DNA of 64,000 bases. It comes from an uncultured Actinomycetota bacterium. GTDB lineage: Bacteria > Actinomycetota > Actinomycetes > Propionibacteriales > Nocardioidaceae. How positions within the stretch are numbered: the stretch's first letter is position 1; each line of letters begins with the position of its first letter. Below the pieces are notes generated by a model that did no database searches, was not told the origin of the DNA, and saw nothing but the letters and a program-made list of their open reading frames with translations. Below are positions 21,245-33,450 of the stretch, one piece after another. The position numbers and the translations under genes are program-made. The stretch is taken from assembly GCA_963742685.1 (NCBI GenBank), contig CAVUNB010000015.1:9827-73826 (forward strand), written 5' to 3'.

Positions 21245-22024
21245 ATGCCTGAGAGCCAGCTCACAACCGGCACCACCGCCCTGCACGGACGGACCGCCGT
21301 CGTCACCGGCGGCGCCAGCGGCATCGGCGCGGCCGTGGCCGCCCGGCTGGCCGAGGCCGGCGCGAGCATCATCGTCGTCGACCGCGACGGCGACGGCGCC
21401 GAACGCGTCGCCGACCTGGTCCGGGGCAAGGCCCTGGCACTCGACCTGGGCGACGGTGAGGCCGTCTCCGCGGCGATGGAGGGCATCGACGCCGACATCC
21501 TCGTCAACAACGCGGGCATCCAGCACGTCGCGCCGATCGTGGACTTCGACCCGGCCATGTTCTCGACCATCCACGCGGTCATGCTGGCCGCGCCGTTCCG
21601 GCTGGCGCGCGCCCTGCTGCCTGGCATGTATGCCCGCGGCTGGGGCCGGCTGGTCCACGTCTCCTCCGTGCACGGGCACCGCGCGTCGGCGTACAAGAGC
21701 GCGTACGTGAGCGCCAAGCACGGGCTCGAGGGCCTCTCCAAGGTGATCGCCCTCGAGGCCGCAGAGCACGGTGTCACGAGCAACACGGTCTGCCCCGGCT
21801 ACGTCCGCACGCCGCTGGTCGAAGGGCAGATCGCCGACCAGGCCAAGAGCCACGGCATCGCCGAGGACGAGGTGATCCAGCGCGTGCTGCTCGAGCGCTC
21901 CGCCCTCAAGCGGCTCGTCGAGCCCGGCGAGGTCGCCGAGGTCGTCAACTTCCTCTGCACCGACGCCGCCCGGTCCATCACCGGGACCTCCCACCTGATG
22001 GACGGCGGCTGGACCGCAGCCTGA
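21245..22024 (+). CDS. bdhA: 3-hydroxybutyrate dehydrogenase (SDR)
   Basis: TGGASGIG, NNAGIQHVAP, SVHG, KSAYVSAKHG, CPGYVRTPLVEGQI. ATG 21245 is preferred over GTG 21236 because it is 7 nt after TAGCGT. Confidence 0.9.
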   Translation: MPESQLTTGTTALHGRTAVVTGGASGIGAAVAARLAEAGASIIVVDRDGDGAERVADLVRGKALALDLGDGEAVSAAMEGIDADILVNNAGIQHVAPIVDFDPAMFSTIHAVMLAAPFRLARALLPGMYARGWGRLVHVSSVHGHRASAYKSAYVSAKHGLEGLSKVIALEAAEHGVTSNTVCPGYVRTPLVEGQIADQAKSHGIAEDEVIQRVLLERSALKRLVEPGEVAEVVNFLCTDAARSITGTSHLMDGGWTAA

Positions 22025-22076
22025 CCCCGCACCACTCCCCCGATTCCCCCGAGTCACCACGAGAAAGGCGCCACCC

Positions 22077-23450
22077 ATGGCCACGTCCACCGAGTCACCC
22101 GGCAGCCCCGCGCACGCCACGGAGCCCCCGAAGGCCAACATCGTCAAGGTCGTCTTCGCCTCCCTCATCGGCACCGCCGTCGAGTGGTACGACTTCTTCC
22201 TCTACGGCTCCGCGGCTGCCCTGGTCTTCGGCCAACTGTTCTTCCCGGAGAGCGAGAAGGCCACCGGGACGCTGCTTGCGTTCGGCACCTACGCGCTCGG
22301 CTTCGTCGCGCGCCCCCTCGGTGGCGTGGTCTTCGGACACTTCGGCGACCGCGTCGGCCGGAAGCAGATGCTGGTCGTCTCGCTGCTGATGATGGGCGTC
22401 GCGACCTTTGCGATCGGGCTGCTGCCGACGTACGCCACGATCGGCATCGGCGCGCCGATCCTGCTGCTCGTCTGCCGGCTCGTGCAGGGCTTCGCCGTCG
22501 GTGGCGAGTGGGGTGGTGCAGTGTTGATGGCCGCCGAGCACGGCGAGGACAGCCAGCGCGGCTTCTGGTCCTCGTGGCCCCAGGCCGGCGTGGCGCTGGG
22601 CAACCTGTTCGCGACCGGTGTCCTGTGGGTGCTGGCGTCCGTGCAGTCCGACGACGCGTTCAACGCGTGGGGCTGGCGCATCCCGTTCCTGCTCAGCGCC
22701 GTGCTGGTGATCATCGGCCTGTGGGTGCGCCTCTCGATCGAGGAGTCGCCGGTCTTCAAGGAGGCCCACGCCGAGATCGAGGCCAGCGGCAAGAAGCACC
22801 TGCCGATCCTCGAGGTGATCAAGCTCTACCCGCGCGAGGTGTTCGTCGCGATGGGCATGCGGATGGCAGAGAACATCTCCTACTACCTCTTCACGGTCAT
22901 CTCGATCACGTTCCTGACGACCTACGTCGGCACCGCGGACGACAAGAGCATGATCCTCAAGGCCCTGCTCATCGGCGCGGTCGTGCACTTCATCACGATC
23001 CCGCTGTTCGGCGCCCTCTCCGACCGGGTCGGACGTCGCCCGCTCTACCTCGCCGGCGCGGTCGGCGTGGCGGCGTGGTCCTGGATCTTCTTCGACCTGA
23101 TCAGCAGCAAGGACGAGTCCAAGATCATCCTCGCGGTCGTCGTCGGCCTGGTCCTGCACGCGCTGATGTACGCACCGCAGGCGGCCTTCTTCTCCGAGCT
23201 GTTCGGCACGTCCGTGCGCTACACGGGCGCCTCGGTCGGCTACCAGCTCGCGTCGATCTTCGCCGGTGCCCTGGCGCCCATCATCGCGGTCGCACTGCTC
23301 GGTGCCGCGACCATGGGCGACACCAACGTCAACTTCGTGGCGATCTACATGACGATCGCCTCGGTGATCACGCTGGTCGCGGTCTACTTCGCCAAGGAGA
23401 CCGCCAAGTCGTCGCTGCGCCACGACCGGGTGCTGCCCGACGCGCACTGA
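22077..23450 (+). CDS. MFS transporter, metabolite:H+ symporter family
   Basis: EWYDFFLY, GHFGDRVGRK, GGEWGGA, WGWRIPF, EESPVF. Confidence 0.92.
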   Translation: MATSTESPGSPAHATEPPKANIVKVVFASLIGTAVEWYDFFLYGSAAALVFGQLFFPESEKATGTLLAFGTYALGFVARPLGGVVFGHFGDRVGRKQMLVVSLLMMGVATFAIGLLPTYATIGIGAPILLLVCRLVQGFAVGGEWGGAVLMAAEHGEDSQRGFWSSWPQAGVALGNLFATGVLWVLASVQSDDAFNAWGWRIPFLLSAVLVIIGLWVRLSIEESPVFKEAHAEIEASGKKHLPILEVIKLYPREVFVAMGMRMAENISYYLFTVISITFLTTYVGTADDKSMILKALLIGAVVHFITIPLFGALSDRVGRRPLYLAGAVGVAAWSWIFFDLISSKDESKIILAVVVGLVLHALMYAPQAAFFSELFGTSVRYTGASVGYQLASIFAGALAPIIAVALLGAATMGDTNVNFVAIYMTIASVITLVAVYFAKETAKSSLRHDRVLPDAH

Positions 23451-23470
23451 GTGCTCGCCTTGGAGTGCGC

Positions 23471-23501
23471 TTGACTTCGAGTGCACTCCAAGGCGGAGAC
23501 T
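23471..23501 (+). promoter_or_regulatory. MerR-type promoter 1 (19-bp spacer with dyad)
   Basis: TTGACT-tcgagtgcactccaaggcg-GAGACT, 7 nt before ATG 23509. Confidence 0.8.
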
Positions 23502-23508
23502 GGGCGGC

Positions 23509-23877
23509 ATGAGCCTGACCATCGCCGAGGCGGCCGAGCAGACCGGACTCACGGCCCACACCCTGCGCTACTACGAGCGCGACGGGCTGATGCTGTCCGT
23601 CGACCGCTCGACGATCGGGCACCGGCGCTACAACGAGGGTGACCTCGAGTGGATCGGGATGATCACGCGGCTGCGGCGCACGGGCATGCCGATCCGGGAC
23701 GTGCGGCGCTACGCCGAGCTGGTCCGGGCCGGCGAGGGCACCGAGGCCGAGCGGATGGAGATCCTGCAACGGCACCGCGAGCAGGTTCGCGCGGAGCTCG
23801 AGGAGACCCGGCAGCACCTGGCGCTGATCGACCGCAAGATCGAGTGGTACGCCGGCCGGACGGGCTCCTGCGGCTAA
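23509..23877 (+). CDS. MerR family regulator (AdhR/NmlR-like)
   Basis: TIAEAAEQTGLTAHTLRYYE..GHRRY..LRRTGMPIRDVRRY..KIEWY. Confidence 0.92.
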   Translation: MSLTIAEAAEQTGLTAHTLRYYERDGLMLSVDRSTIGHRRYNEGDLEWIGMITRLRRTGMPIRDVRRYAELVRAGEGTEAERMEILQRHREQVRAELEETRQHLALIDRKIEWYAGRTGSCG

Positions 23878-23895
23878 CAGCCGGTGAGAGCACCC

Positions 23896-23926
23896 TTGAC
23901 TGCGAGCGCGCTCGAACTCCCAGACT
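23896..23926 (+). promoter_or_regulatory. MerR-type promoter 2
   Basis: TTGACT-gcgagcgcgctcgaactcc-CAGACT, 6 nt before ATG 23933. Confidence 0.8.
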
Positions 23927-23932
23927 CGCGGC

Positions 23933-24934
23933 ATGACGACTCTCCCGACCCGCACCCTGGGCACCGACCCCGCGCGCACCCGCACCGTCAGCACCATCGC
24001 CCTCGGCGCGATGCTGATGGGCACCCGCACCGACGAGGACACCTCGTTCGCCGTCCTGGACCGGTTCGCCGAGGCCGGCGGCTCGTTCATCGACACCTCC
24101 AACAACTACGCGTTCTGGGTCGAGGGCACGCAGGGCGGCGAGAGCGAGGCGCTGCTCGGTCGTTGGCTGAGGAGCCGTGGCGTCGGCGACGAGATGACCA
24201 TCGCCACCAAGCTGGGCGGTCGGCCGAACACGCCCACCAGGACCTTCTCCCGTGACATCGAGGTCCAGTCGGCGGCGCGGATCCGCGAGGCCGCGGAGGA
24301 GAGCCTCGAGCGTCTCGGCCGCGACCGCATCGACCTCTACTACTCGCACGTCCCGGACGACCGGGTCGACATCGAGGAGCAGGTCGAGGGCTTCGCTGCG
24401 CTGGTGGCCGACGACCTGGTCCACCTCGTCGGCGTGAGCAACCACTGGGCCTGGGCCGTCGAGCGCGCTCGCAACCTGGCTGCCCAGCGCGGGCTGCCGT
24501 CGTACGACGTCCTGCAGTACGCCCACACGTACCTCGCCTCGCGAACGGACCAGCCGACGCTGCGCTCCCCCGACGGCCAGATCGGCACCGCCGACGGCAA
24601 CGTGCTCAGCTACGTGCGCACCCAGCCGGGGCTCACGCTCGTGGCCTACTCGCCGCTGCTGAGCGGCGGCTACGTGCGTGACGACAAGCCGCTCGGGTCG
24701 CGCTTCGACCATGTCGGCACTCCTGCCCGTCGGAGGGCGCTCGCCGAGGTCGCCGCCGAGACCGGTACGACGCCCAACCAGGTGGTGCTGAGCTGGTTGA
24801 TCGGTGGCGACGTGCCGGTGGTCCCACTGGTCGGTGCGTCGTCCGTCGCACAGCTCGACGAGACCCTGGCAGCGGCCACGCTCGAGCTCTCCGCGGAGCA
24901 GCGAGCCAAGCTCGACGGGGCAGGGACCGAGTGA
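23933..24934 (+). CDS. Aldo/keto reductase
   Basis: FIDTSNNY, IATK, IDLYYSH, AYSPLLSG, PLVGAS. Confidence 0.9.
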   Translation: MTTLPTRTLGTDPARTRTVSTIALGAMLMGTRTDEDTSFAVLDRFAEAGGSFIDTSNNYAFWVEGTQGGESEALLGRWLRSRGVGDEMTIATKLGGRPNTPTRTFSRDIEVQSAARIREAAEESLERLGRDRIDLYYSHVPDDRVDIEEQVEGFAALVADDLVHLVGVSNHWAWAVERARNLAAQRGLPSYDVLQYAHTYLASRTDQPTLRSPDGQIGTADGNVLSYVRTQPGLTLVAYSPLLSGGYVRDDKPLGSRFDHVGTPARRRALAEVAAETGTTPNQVVLSWLIGGDVPVVPLVGASSVAQLDETLAAATLELSAEQRAKLDGAGTE

Positions 24935-24939
24935 AGCGC

Positions 24940-24970
24940 TTGACTTCGAGCGCACTCCAACGCGTTGACT
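24940..24970 (+). promoter_or_regulatory. MerR-type promoter 3
   Basis: TTGACT-tcgagcgcactccaacgcg-TTGACT, 7 nt before ATG 24978. Confidence 0.78.
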
Positions 24971-24977
24971 CGTTGGC

Positions 24978-25970
<993 letters not shown>

Positions 25971-25976
25971 GTCCGG

Positions 25977-27290
25977 TCAGGTCGCGGCGATCCCCATCCG
26001 CCCCTCGCGGAAGGCGTCGACGAACAGCGCGTGGTCCTCGCGCACTCGCACGGCGTAGTCGATGCCCCACTGGCACAGCCACCCGGTGAAGTCCTGGCGC
26101 CGCCCCTTCAGCGAGTCCACGATCGCGGCCTCGACCTGGATGTCGACGAGGTCCTGGTCGCTGTCCTCGTCAGAGGCGCAGTGGATCTTGGCGGCCGCCC
26201 GGCCGAGCAGGTCGACCACGGCGCGCATGTCGGAGGGCTCGTTGATGTTGGACCAGTCGAGGTCCACCTCGTACGGCGACACCTCGGTGACGACATAGCC
26301 CACCCCGTCGATCCTGGTGTGGCCGAGAAGCGGGTCCGTGTGCACCTGCAGCGCGCGCTGGCTGACCGCGGTCCGGTGACCCTCGTGCTCGAAGTAGGCG
26401 TCGACGTCGGTGGTGTCCACGAAGCGCGACAGAGCGGGGATGTTGGCCTGCTTCATGGAGAGCACCACGTCGTTGTCGAGGGCCTGGCTGTAGCCCTCCA
26501 CCAGGATGTTGTAGGCCGGGAGCCCGGCACTGCCGATGCCGAAGCCGGACTTGCCGACCACGTCGCGCAGCTCGTAGAACAGCGCCCGGTCGAACCGCTT
26601 GGACTGCGGGATCGTCTCGAGGTAGGTGCGGAACGCCGCCACCACCGCGGCGCGTTCCTCGCGGCCGAGTCGCCTGGCCGAATGGTCCTCGCTGAACCTG
26701 CGCACGCCCCGCGCCAGGACGGTCATCTCGTCGAGCAGGTCGGCCCGTCGCAGCATGCGAGCGCTCTCCAAGGCGACCAGCACCGGGCCGGTCGCGTTGT
26801 CGAGGGTGAGCGCGAAGTCGTCGTCGTCGTCGGTGCCCGCGTAGTGGTTGACCTGTGCGAGGTAGGACCGCACGAACCGCCCGATCAGCTTGCGGACGGC
26901 ATCCTCGGGCAGCGCCTTCTGCCACCCGATCAGCGCGAGGCTGGCCGCGAAGCGCTGGAGGTCCCACGTGAAGTGGCCGAGGTAGGCCTCGTCGAAGTCG
27001 TTGATGTCGAAGACGAGACGACCGTCGGAGTTGAGGTAGGTGCCGAAGTTCTCGACGTGCAGGTCGCCGTGGATCCAGATGCGCTCGGCGCCGTGCCCGG
27101 CCCAGTCGTTCGGCTCGTCGGTGACGTCGCGGTAGAAGAGGCATGCGGACCCGCGGTAGAACGCGTGTGGATCGAGCGCCATCTTCCGGTACTTCGCGCG
27201 GAACGCCACCGGGTCGGCGCGCATCAGTGGCGCGAACGCCTCGCGGACCACCTCGATGATCGTGTCCGTACGCGCGGTCGTCGAGGCCAT
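25977..27290 (-). CDS. DUF2252 family protein (kinase-like fold)
   Basis: AFYRGSA, HGDLHVENFG, FDINDFDE, GIGSAG. Confidence 0.88.
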   Translation of the reverse strand: MASTTARTDTIIEVVREAFAPLMRADPVAFRAKYRKMALDPHAFYRGSACLFYRDVTDEPNDWAGHGAERIWIHGDLHVENFGTYLNSDGRLVFDINDFDEAYLGHFTWDLQRFAASLALIGWQKALPEDAVRKLIGRFVRSYLAQVNHYAGTDDDDDFALTLDNATGPVLVALESARMLRRADLLDEMTVLARGVRRFSEDHSARRLGREERAAVVAAFRTYLETIPQSKRFDRALFYELRDVVGKSGFGIGSAGLPAYNILVEGYSQALDNDVVLSMKQANIPALSRFVDTTDVDAYFEHEGHRTAVSQRALQVHTDPLLGHTRIDGVGYVVTEVSPYEVDLDWSNINEPSDMRAVVDLLGRAAAKIHCASDEDSDQDLVDIQVEAAIVDSLKGRRQDFTGWLCQWGIDYAVRVREDHALFVDAFREGRMGIAAT

Positions 27291-27299
27291 CTGGGCAAT

Positions 27300-27731
27300 C
27301 TAGCCGGACAGCCGATGGCGCAGCCCGTCGCGGCAGCCCGCCATCATCCGCTCGTGGTTCCACCTGAGCACCGGGCCGAGCGGGCGGGCCGCGAGCCGGG
27401 CCAGCCGCCCGGTGACATCGACGTCCTGCTCGTAGTCCAGCCGGGTGCCACCGTCGACCGGAGACAGGCGCCAGCGCACCGACCCCTCGAGATCTCCCGA
27501 CAGAGTCGTCTCCAGGAGGGTTGGCTCACGGTGCACGGCGCCCAGGACCAGGTCGAGCGTGTACGGCAACACCGACCGGCACAGCACCCGGGCGTTGTCG
27601 TCGTCGAGCTTGGCCACGGCCAGCACCTGCGGCCACCAGTCCGGATAGTGCTCGAGGTCGACGAGGACGGAGTGGACGTCGGGAAGCGGCGCGGCCACCT
27701 CCCAGGTCGACTCGAAGTGGAAGGAGCGCAC
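27300..27731 (-). CDS. SRPBCC/polyketide cyclase family protein
   Basis: VHSVLVDLEHYPDWWPQV..CRSVLPY..WNHERMM. Confidence 0.8.
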   Translation of the reverse strand: MRSFHFESTWEVAAPLPDVHSVLVDLEHYPDWWPQVLAVAKLDDDNARVLCRSVLPYTLDLVLGAVHREPTLLETTLSGDLEGSVRWRLSPVDGGTRLDYEQDVDVTGRLARLAARPLGPVLRWNHERMMAGCRDGLRHRLSG

Positions 27732-27768
27732 GCGCCCACGCTAGTCGGACGGGCGATAGCGTCTGCGC

Positions 27769-29436
27769 ATGACCGACACCACCCCTGCCGTCGACACCGC
27801 CGCCGACCTGCTGACCCGCGCTCGCGCCTGGGTCGCCGAGGACCCGGACCCGCAGACGAAGGCAGAGCTCGAGCAGGTCATCGCGGACGTCGAGGCGGGC
27901 GGCGACGACGCCGACCTGGCCGACCGCTTCGCCGGCACCCTGGAGTTCGGTACGGCGGGGCTGCGCGGGGCACTGGGCGCGGGGTCGAACCGGATGAACC
28001 GCATCGTGGTGACCCGGGCGGCTGCCGGCCTGGCGGCCTACCTCAACGACACCGGCCACCGCGGTGGCAGTGTCGTCATCGGGTTCGACGCGCGGCACAA
28101 CAGCGACGCCTTCGCACGCGACACGGCCGAGGTGATGACGGGTGCAGGGCTGAAGGCGCTGGTGATGCCCCGGCCACTGCCGACTCCCCTGCTGGCCTTC
28201 GCGATCCGCGAGCTCGGGTGCGCGGCCGGTGTGATGGTCACCGCCAGCCACAACCCGCCGGAGGACAACGGCTACAAGGTCTACCTCGGTGACGGCAGCC
28301 AGATCGTGCCACCGTCCGACATCGAGATCGCGGCCCGGATCGCGGCCGTGGGCGCGATGGCCGACGTGCCCCGCGGCAACACCGGGAAGCTGGTCGAGGA
28401 GGAGATCGTCGACCGCTACCTCGACACCGTCGCCGACCTCGCGGGCGACGGGCCCCGTGATCTGACCATCGTCTACACGCCGCTGCACGGTGTCGGCGGC
28501 ACGACGGTGGTCCAGGTCCTGGAGACGGCGGGGTTCAGCGCCCCACACGTGGTCGAGCAGCAGGAGCAGCCCGACCCCGATTTCCCGACGGTCGCGTTCC
28601 CCAACCCCGAGGAGCCCGGCGCGATGGACCTCGCGATGGCGCTCGCGGCCGCGAAGAACGCCGACATCGTGGTGGCCAACGACCCCGACGCGGACCGGTG
28701 TGCCGTCGCCCTACCCGGCCCGCACGGGTGGCGGATGCTCCGCGGCGACGAGGTCGGCGCACTCCTCGGCCACCACCTGCTGAGCCTCGGCCGCACCGGC
28801 ACCTACGCCAACTCGATCGTCTCCTCGAGCCTGCTGGGAAAGATGGCGGCGGCCGCGGGCCAGCCGCACGAGGAGACACTGACCGGCTTCAAGTGGATCA
28901 GCCGCGCACCCGGCCTGGCGTTCGGCTACGAGGAGGCGCTCGGCTACTGCGTCGATCCCGACCACGTCAAGGACAAGGACGGCGTCTCCGCGCTCCTGCT
29001 GGTCTGCGAGATGGCCGCCACCGCCAAGGCGGAGGGTCGCGGCCTCAACGACCTGCTCGACGACATCGCCGCCGAGCACGGGCTGCACGCGACCGATCAG
29101 CTCTCCGCCAGGTTCGACGACCTCAGCCAGATCGCGGCCACCATGCAGCGGCTGCGGGACACCCCTCCGACCCGCCTCGGCGGCCTGGCCGTGGAACGGA
29201 TCGACGACCTCTCCCTGGGCAGCGTCGCCCTGCCGCCCACCGACGGACTGCGCTTCGCACTGGCCGACGGCGCCCGCGCGATCGTGCGGCCGAGCGGCAC
29301 CGAGCCGAAGGTCAAGTGCTACCTCGAGGTCGTCATCCCGGTCGACCCCGAGGACGGGGTCGACGCCGCCCGGATCGCCGCGGCCGGTCGACTCGACGCC
29401 ATCAAGGGCGACATCAGGGCGGCCGCCGGCTTCTGA
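27769..29436 (+). CDS. Alpha-D-phosphohexomutase (PmmB/PGM2-like; possibly phosphopentomutase)
   Basis: FGTAGLRG, TASHNP, DPDADR, GYEEA, RPSGTEPK. Confidence 0.92.
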   Translation: MTDTTPAVDTAADLLTRARAWVAEDPDPQTKAELEQVIADVEAGGDDADLADRFAGTLEFGTAGLRGALGAGSNRMNRIVVTRAAAGLAAYLNDTGHRGGSVVIGFDARHNSDAFARDTAEVMTGAGLKALVMPRPLPTPLLAFAIRELGCAAGVMVTASHNPPEDNGYKVYLGDGSQIVPPSDIEIAARIAAVGAMADVPRGNTGKLVEEEIVDRYLDTVADLAGDGPRDLTIVYTPLHGVGGTTVVQVLETAGFSAPHVVEQQEQPDPDFPTVAFPNPEEPGAMDLAMALAAAKNADIVVANDPDADRCAVALPGPHGWRMLRGDEVGALLGHHLLSLGRTGTYANSIVSSSLLGKMAAAAGQPHEETLTGFKWISRAPGLAFGYEEALGYCVDPDHVKDKDGVSALLLVCEMAATAKAEGRGLNDLLDDIAAEHGLHATDQLSARFDDLSQIAATMQRLRDTPPTRLGGLAVERIDDLSLGSVALPPTDGLRFALADGARAIVRPSGTEPKVKCYLEVVIPVDPEDGVDAARIAAAGRLDAIKGDIRAAAGF

Positions 29437-29452
29437 TCGGCGCGAGCCGGAG

Positions 29453-30055
29453 TCAGAACAGGATCGTGACCAGCAGGGCGACGGTCGCGACGGTCATCAG
29501 CCCGATCGGCAACCACGCCGGCGCGCGGCGTACGCCCTCCGCCAGCGCCAGCTGCTCGTCCGAGAGGAGCCCGACCCCGGCCACGGCCCGCGCGTGCTCC
29601 ATGCGCTTGCGGATCTCCTGCTCGACGTAGTCGGCGTAGGGCACCTCGGTGACCGGTTTGTCGGCGGCCTGCTTCCGGGTGGCGTTCCGGTCCCCCACCA
29701 TCGCCGTGCGCCACGACTTGCCGACGGCGGTCGAGACATAGCGCTTCTCGCCGACCCGGACGGCCAGCACCTGGCGGATGGCGAGGTCCTCGACCGCTGC
29801 CAGCGGCAGCCGCTGGTGCTCGACCATCGTGCGCAGGACGAGCTCCTCGGACGTGACCGAGAGCCGGGGCCACAGCATCGTGGCCCAGCCCAGCACCCCG
29901 AGCAGCGCCGCTCCCGCAACGACCGGCCCGGGCACCTCGCCGGGGTCCACGACGGCGATCCCGATGACCGCCAACGCGGCGATCACGGCGAGGCTGCCCA
30001 TGATCCGACCGCTCGTCGGACGGAACCGAATCTCGTCGGCATTCTCCTGCGGCAT
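29453..30055 (-). CDS. Membrane protein with bacterial PH-like domain
   Basis: Two N-terminal TM helices, WPRLSVTSEELVLR, and a C-terminal TM. Confidence 0.6.
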   Translation of the reverse strand: MPQENADEIRFRPTSGRIMGSLAVIAALAVIGIAVVDPGEVPGPVVAGAALLGVLGWATMLWPRLSVTSEELVLRTMVEHQRLPLAAVEDLAIRQVLAVRVGEKRYVSTAVGKSWRTAMVGDRNATRKQAADKPVTEVPYADYVEQEIRKRMEHARAVAGVGLLSDEQLALAEGVRRAPAWLPIGLMTVATVALLVTILF

Positions 30056-30108
30056 CGTGCTCCTTGTTGGTTTGCCCACCTGGACCCCGACAACCCTATG
30101 CTGGGGAA

Positions 30109-31074
30109 GTGACGACAACTTCTGCCTCGACGACGAGTGCGGGAGTCTTCGACGACATCACAGCGTCGGATTCATCCTTGCGCCGATTCCTGCACGGCTT
30201 GCCCGGTGTCGACCAGGTCGGAGCGGAGGCACGGGCCGCGAGCCTGGGCACGCGCTCGATCAAGACGACGGCCAAGAACTTCGCCATCGACCTCGCCATC
30301 CGGATGGTCGACCTCACCACGCTCGAGGGTGCGGACACCCACGGGAAGGTGCGCGCGCTGGCCTCCAAGGCCATGCACCCCGACCCGGCCGATCCGACGT
30401 GCCCGATGACCGCCGCCGTCTGCGTCTACCCCGACATGGTCGCCACCGCGAAGGCCACGCTCGGCAGCTCCGGCGTCAACGTGGCGGCCGTCGCCACCGC
30501 GTTCCCGAGTGGTCGTGCCGCCCTCGACATCAAGCTCGCGGACACCCGCGACGCCGTCGAAGCAGGCGCCGACGAGATCGACATGGTCATCGACCGGGGC
30601 GCGTTCCTGTCCGGTCGCTACCTCGATGTGTACGACGAGATCGTGGCCGTCAAGGAGGCGTGCGGAGACGCCCACCTCAAGATCATCTTCGAGACCGGCG
30701 AGCTGCAGACGTACGACAACGTCCGCCGCGCGAGCTGGCTGGGCATGATGGCCGGCGGTCACTTCATCAAGACCTCCACCGGCAAGGTGCAGCCCGCGGC
30801 CACGCTGCCGGTCACGCTGATCATGCTCGAGGCGGTCCGCGACTTCCGCGAGCAGACCGGACAGATGGTCGGCGTGAAACCCGCCGGTGGCATCAAGACC
30901 ACGAAGGACGCCATCAAGTACCTCGTCATGGTCAACGAGGTCGCCGGGCCCGACTGGCTCGACCCGGACTGGTTCCGGTTCGGCGCCTCCACGCTGCTCA
31001 ACGATCTCCTGATGCAGCGCACCAAGATGGTCACCGGCCGCTACTCCGGCCCCGACTACTTCACCCTGGACTGA
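30109..31074 (+). CDS. deoC: Deoxyribose-phosphate aldolase
   Basis: DLTTLEG, GADEIDMV, LKIIFETGEL, FIKTSTGK, KPAGGI, RFGAS. Confidence 0.95.
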   Translation: MTTTSASTTSAGVFDDITASDSSLRRFLHGLPGVDQVGAEARAASLGTRSIKTTAKNFAIDLAIRMVDLTTLEGADTHGKVRALASKAMHPDPADPTCPMTAAVCVYPDMVATAKATLGSSGVNVAAVATAFPSGRAALDIKLADTRDAVEAGADEIDMVIDRGAFLSGRYLDVYDEIVAVKEACGDAHLKIIFETGELQTYDNVRRASWLGMMAGGHFIKTSTGKVQPAATLPVTLIMLEAVRDFREQTGQMVGVKPAGGIKTTKDAIKYLVMVNEVAGPDWLDPDWFRFGASTLLNDLLMQRTKMVTGRYSGPDYFTLD

Positions 31075-31085
31075 GGGACACACAC

Positions 31086-32557
<1,472 letters not shown>

Positions 32558-32558
<1 letters not shown>

Positions 32559-33421
32559 TGGCTCGCATCGACGTGAAGAAGACCTACAAGCTCTACATCG
32601 GTGGCGCCTTCCCCCGCTCGGAGTCCGGCCGGTCCTACGTCGTCAACGACGCCAAGGGCAACCTGCTGGCCAACGCCGCCCAGGCCAGCCGCAAGGACGC
32701 CCGCGACGCCGTGATCGCGGCCCGCCACGCCTTCAAGGGCTGGTCCTCGAAGACGGCGTACAACCGCAGCCAGGTCATCTACCGCATAGCGGAGGTGCTC
32801 GAGGGTCGGCGCGACCAGTTCGTCGCCGAGCTGCGCGCCACCGAGGGCATCACCGCGGCCAAGGCCAACACCTTCGTCGACGCCGCGATCGACCGGCTCG
32901 TCTGGTACGCCGGCTGGGCGGACAAGATCACCCAGGTGGTCAGCTCCGCCAACCCGGTCGCGGGGCCCTACTTCAACATCTCCTCGCCCGAGCCGACCGG
33001 CGTCGTCGCCGTCGTCGCCCCGAGCGGTCCCCTGCTCGGCCTCGTCAGCGTCATCGCCCCGGTCATCGTCACCGGCAACACGTGCGTCGTGATCGCCAGC
33101 GAGGCACACCCGCTGACCTCGATCACCCTCGGCGAGGTGATGGCGACCTCCGACCTGCCCGGCGGCGTCGTCAACATCCTCACCGGCTCGGTCGCGGAGG
33201 TCGCGCCCTGGCTGGCCTCGCACATGGACGTCAACGGCATCGACCTGACCGGGGTCACCGATCCGGAGCTGACGACCTCGCTGGAAGTGGCGGCCGCCGA
33301 CAACCTGAAGCGCGTTCGTCGCGCGCCCGAGACACCCGTCGACTGGCTGGCGACACCGGGCATCGACCGGTTGACCGACTGGCTCGAGACCAAGACGGTC
33401 TGGCACCCGATCGGGATCTGA
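32558..33421 (+). CDS. Truncated ALDH-family protein lacking the catalytic domain
   Basis: KTYKLYIGGAFPRSESGR, WYAGWADK, LPGGVVNILTG; no ELGG or catalytic Cys segment; TGATG coupling. Confidence 0.85.
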
Positions 33422-33450
33422 CTCCCGACCGTGGTCCCTTCCGGCACTGC

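Noticed and set aside
23461-24970. Recurrent ttgact.cgag.gc.ctc motif as a CRISPR or mobile repeat
   Set aside because: Copies are separated by whole genes and fit MerR promoter geometry; no cas genes are present.
26031-28292. Long antisense or alternative-frame ORFs (for example 26031..28292, 53743..55752, 19309..21042)
   Set aside because: These are shadow ORFs typical of high-GC codon bias, opposite well-supported genes and lacking motifs.
29778-31085. N-terminal extensions of ALDH (926 aa), MaoC (558 aa), Add (502 aa) and the amidohydrolase (671 aa)
   Set aside because: The extensions overlap other genes and lack motifs; the true starts are internal.
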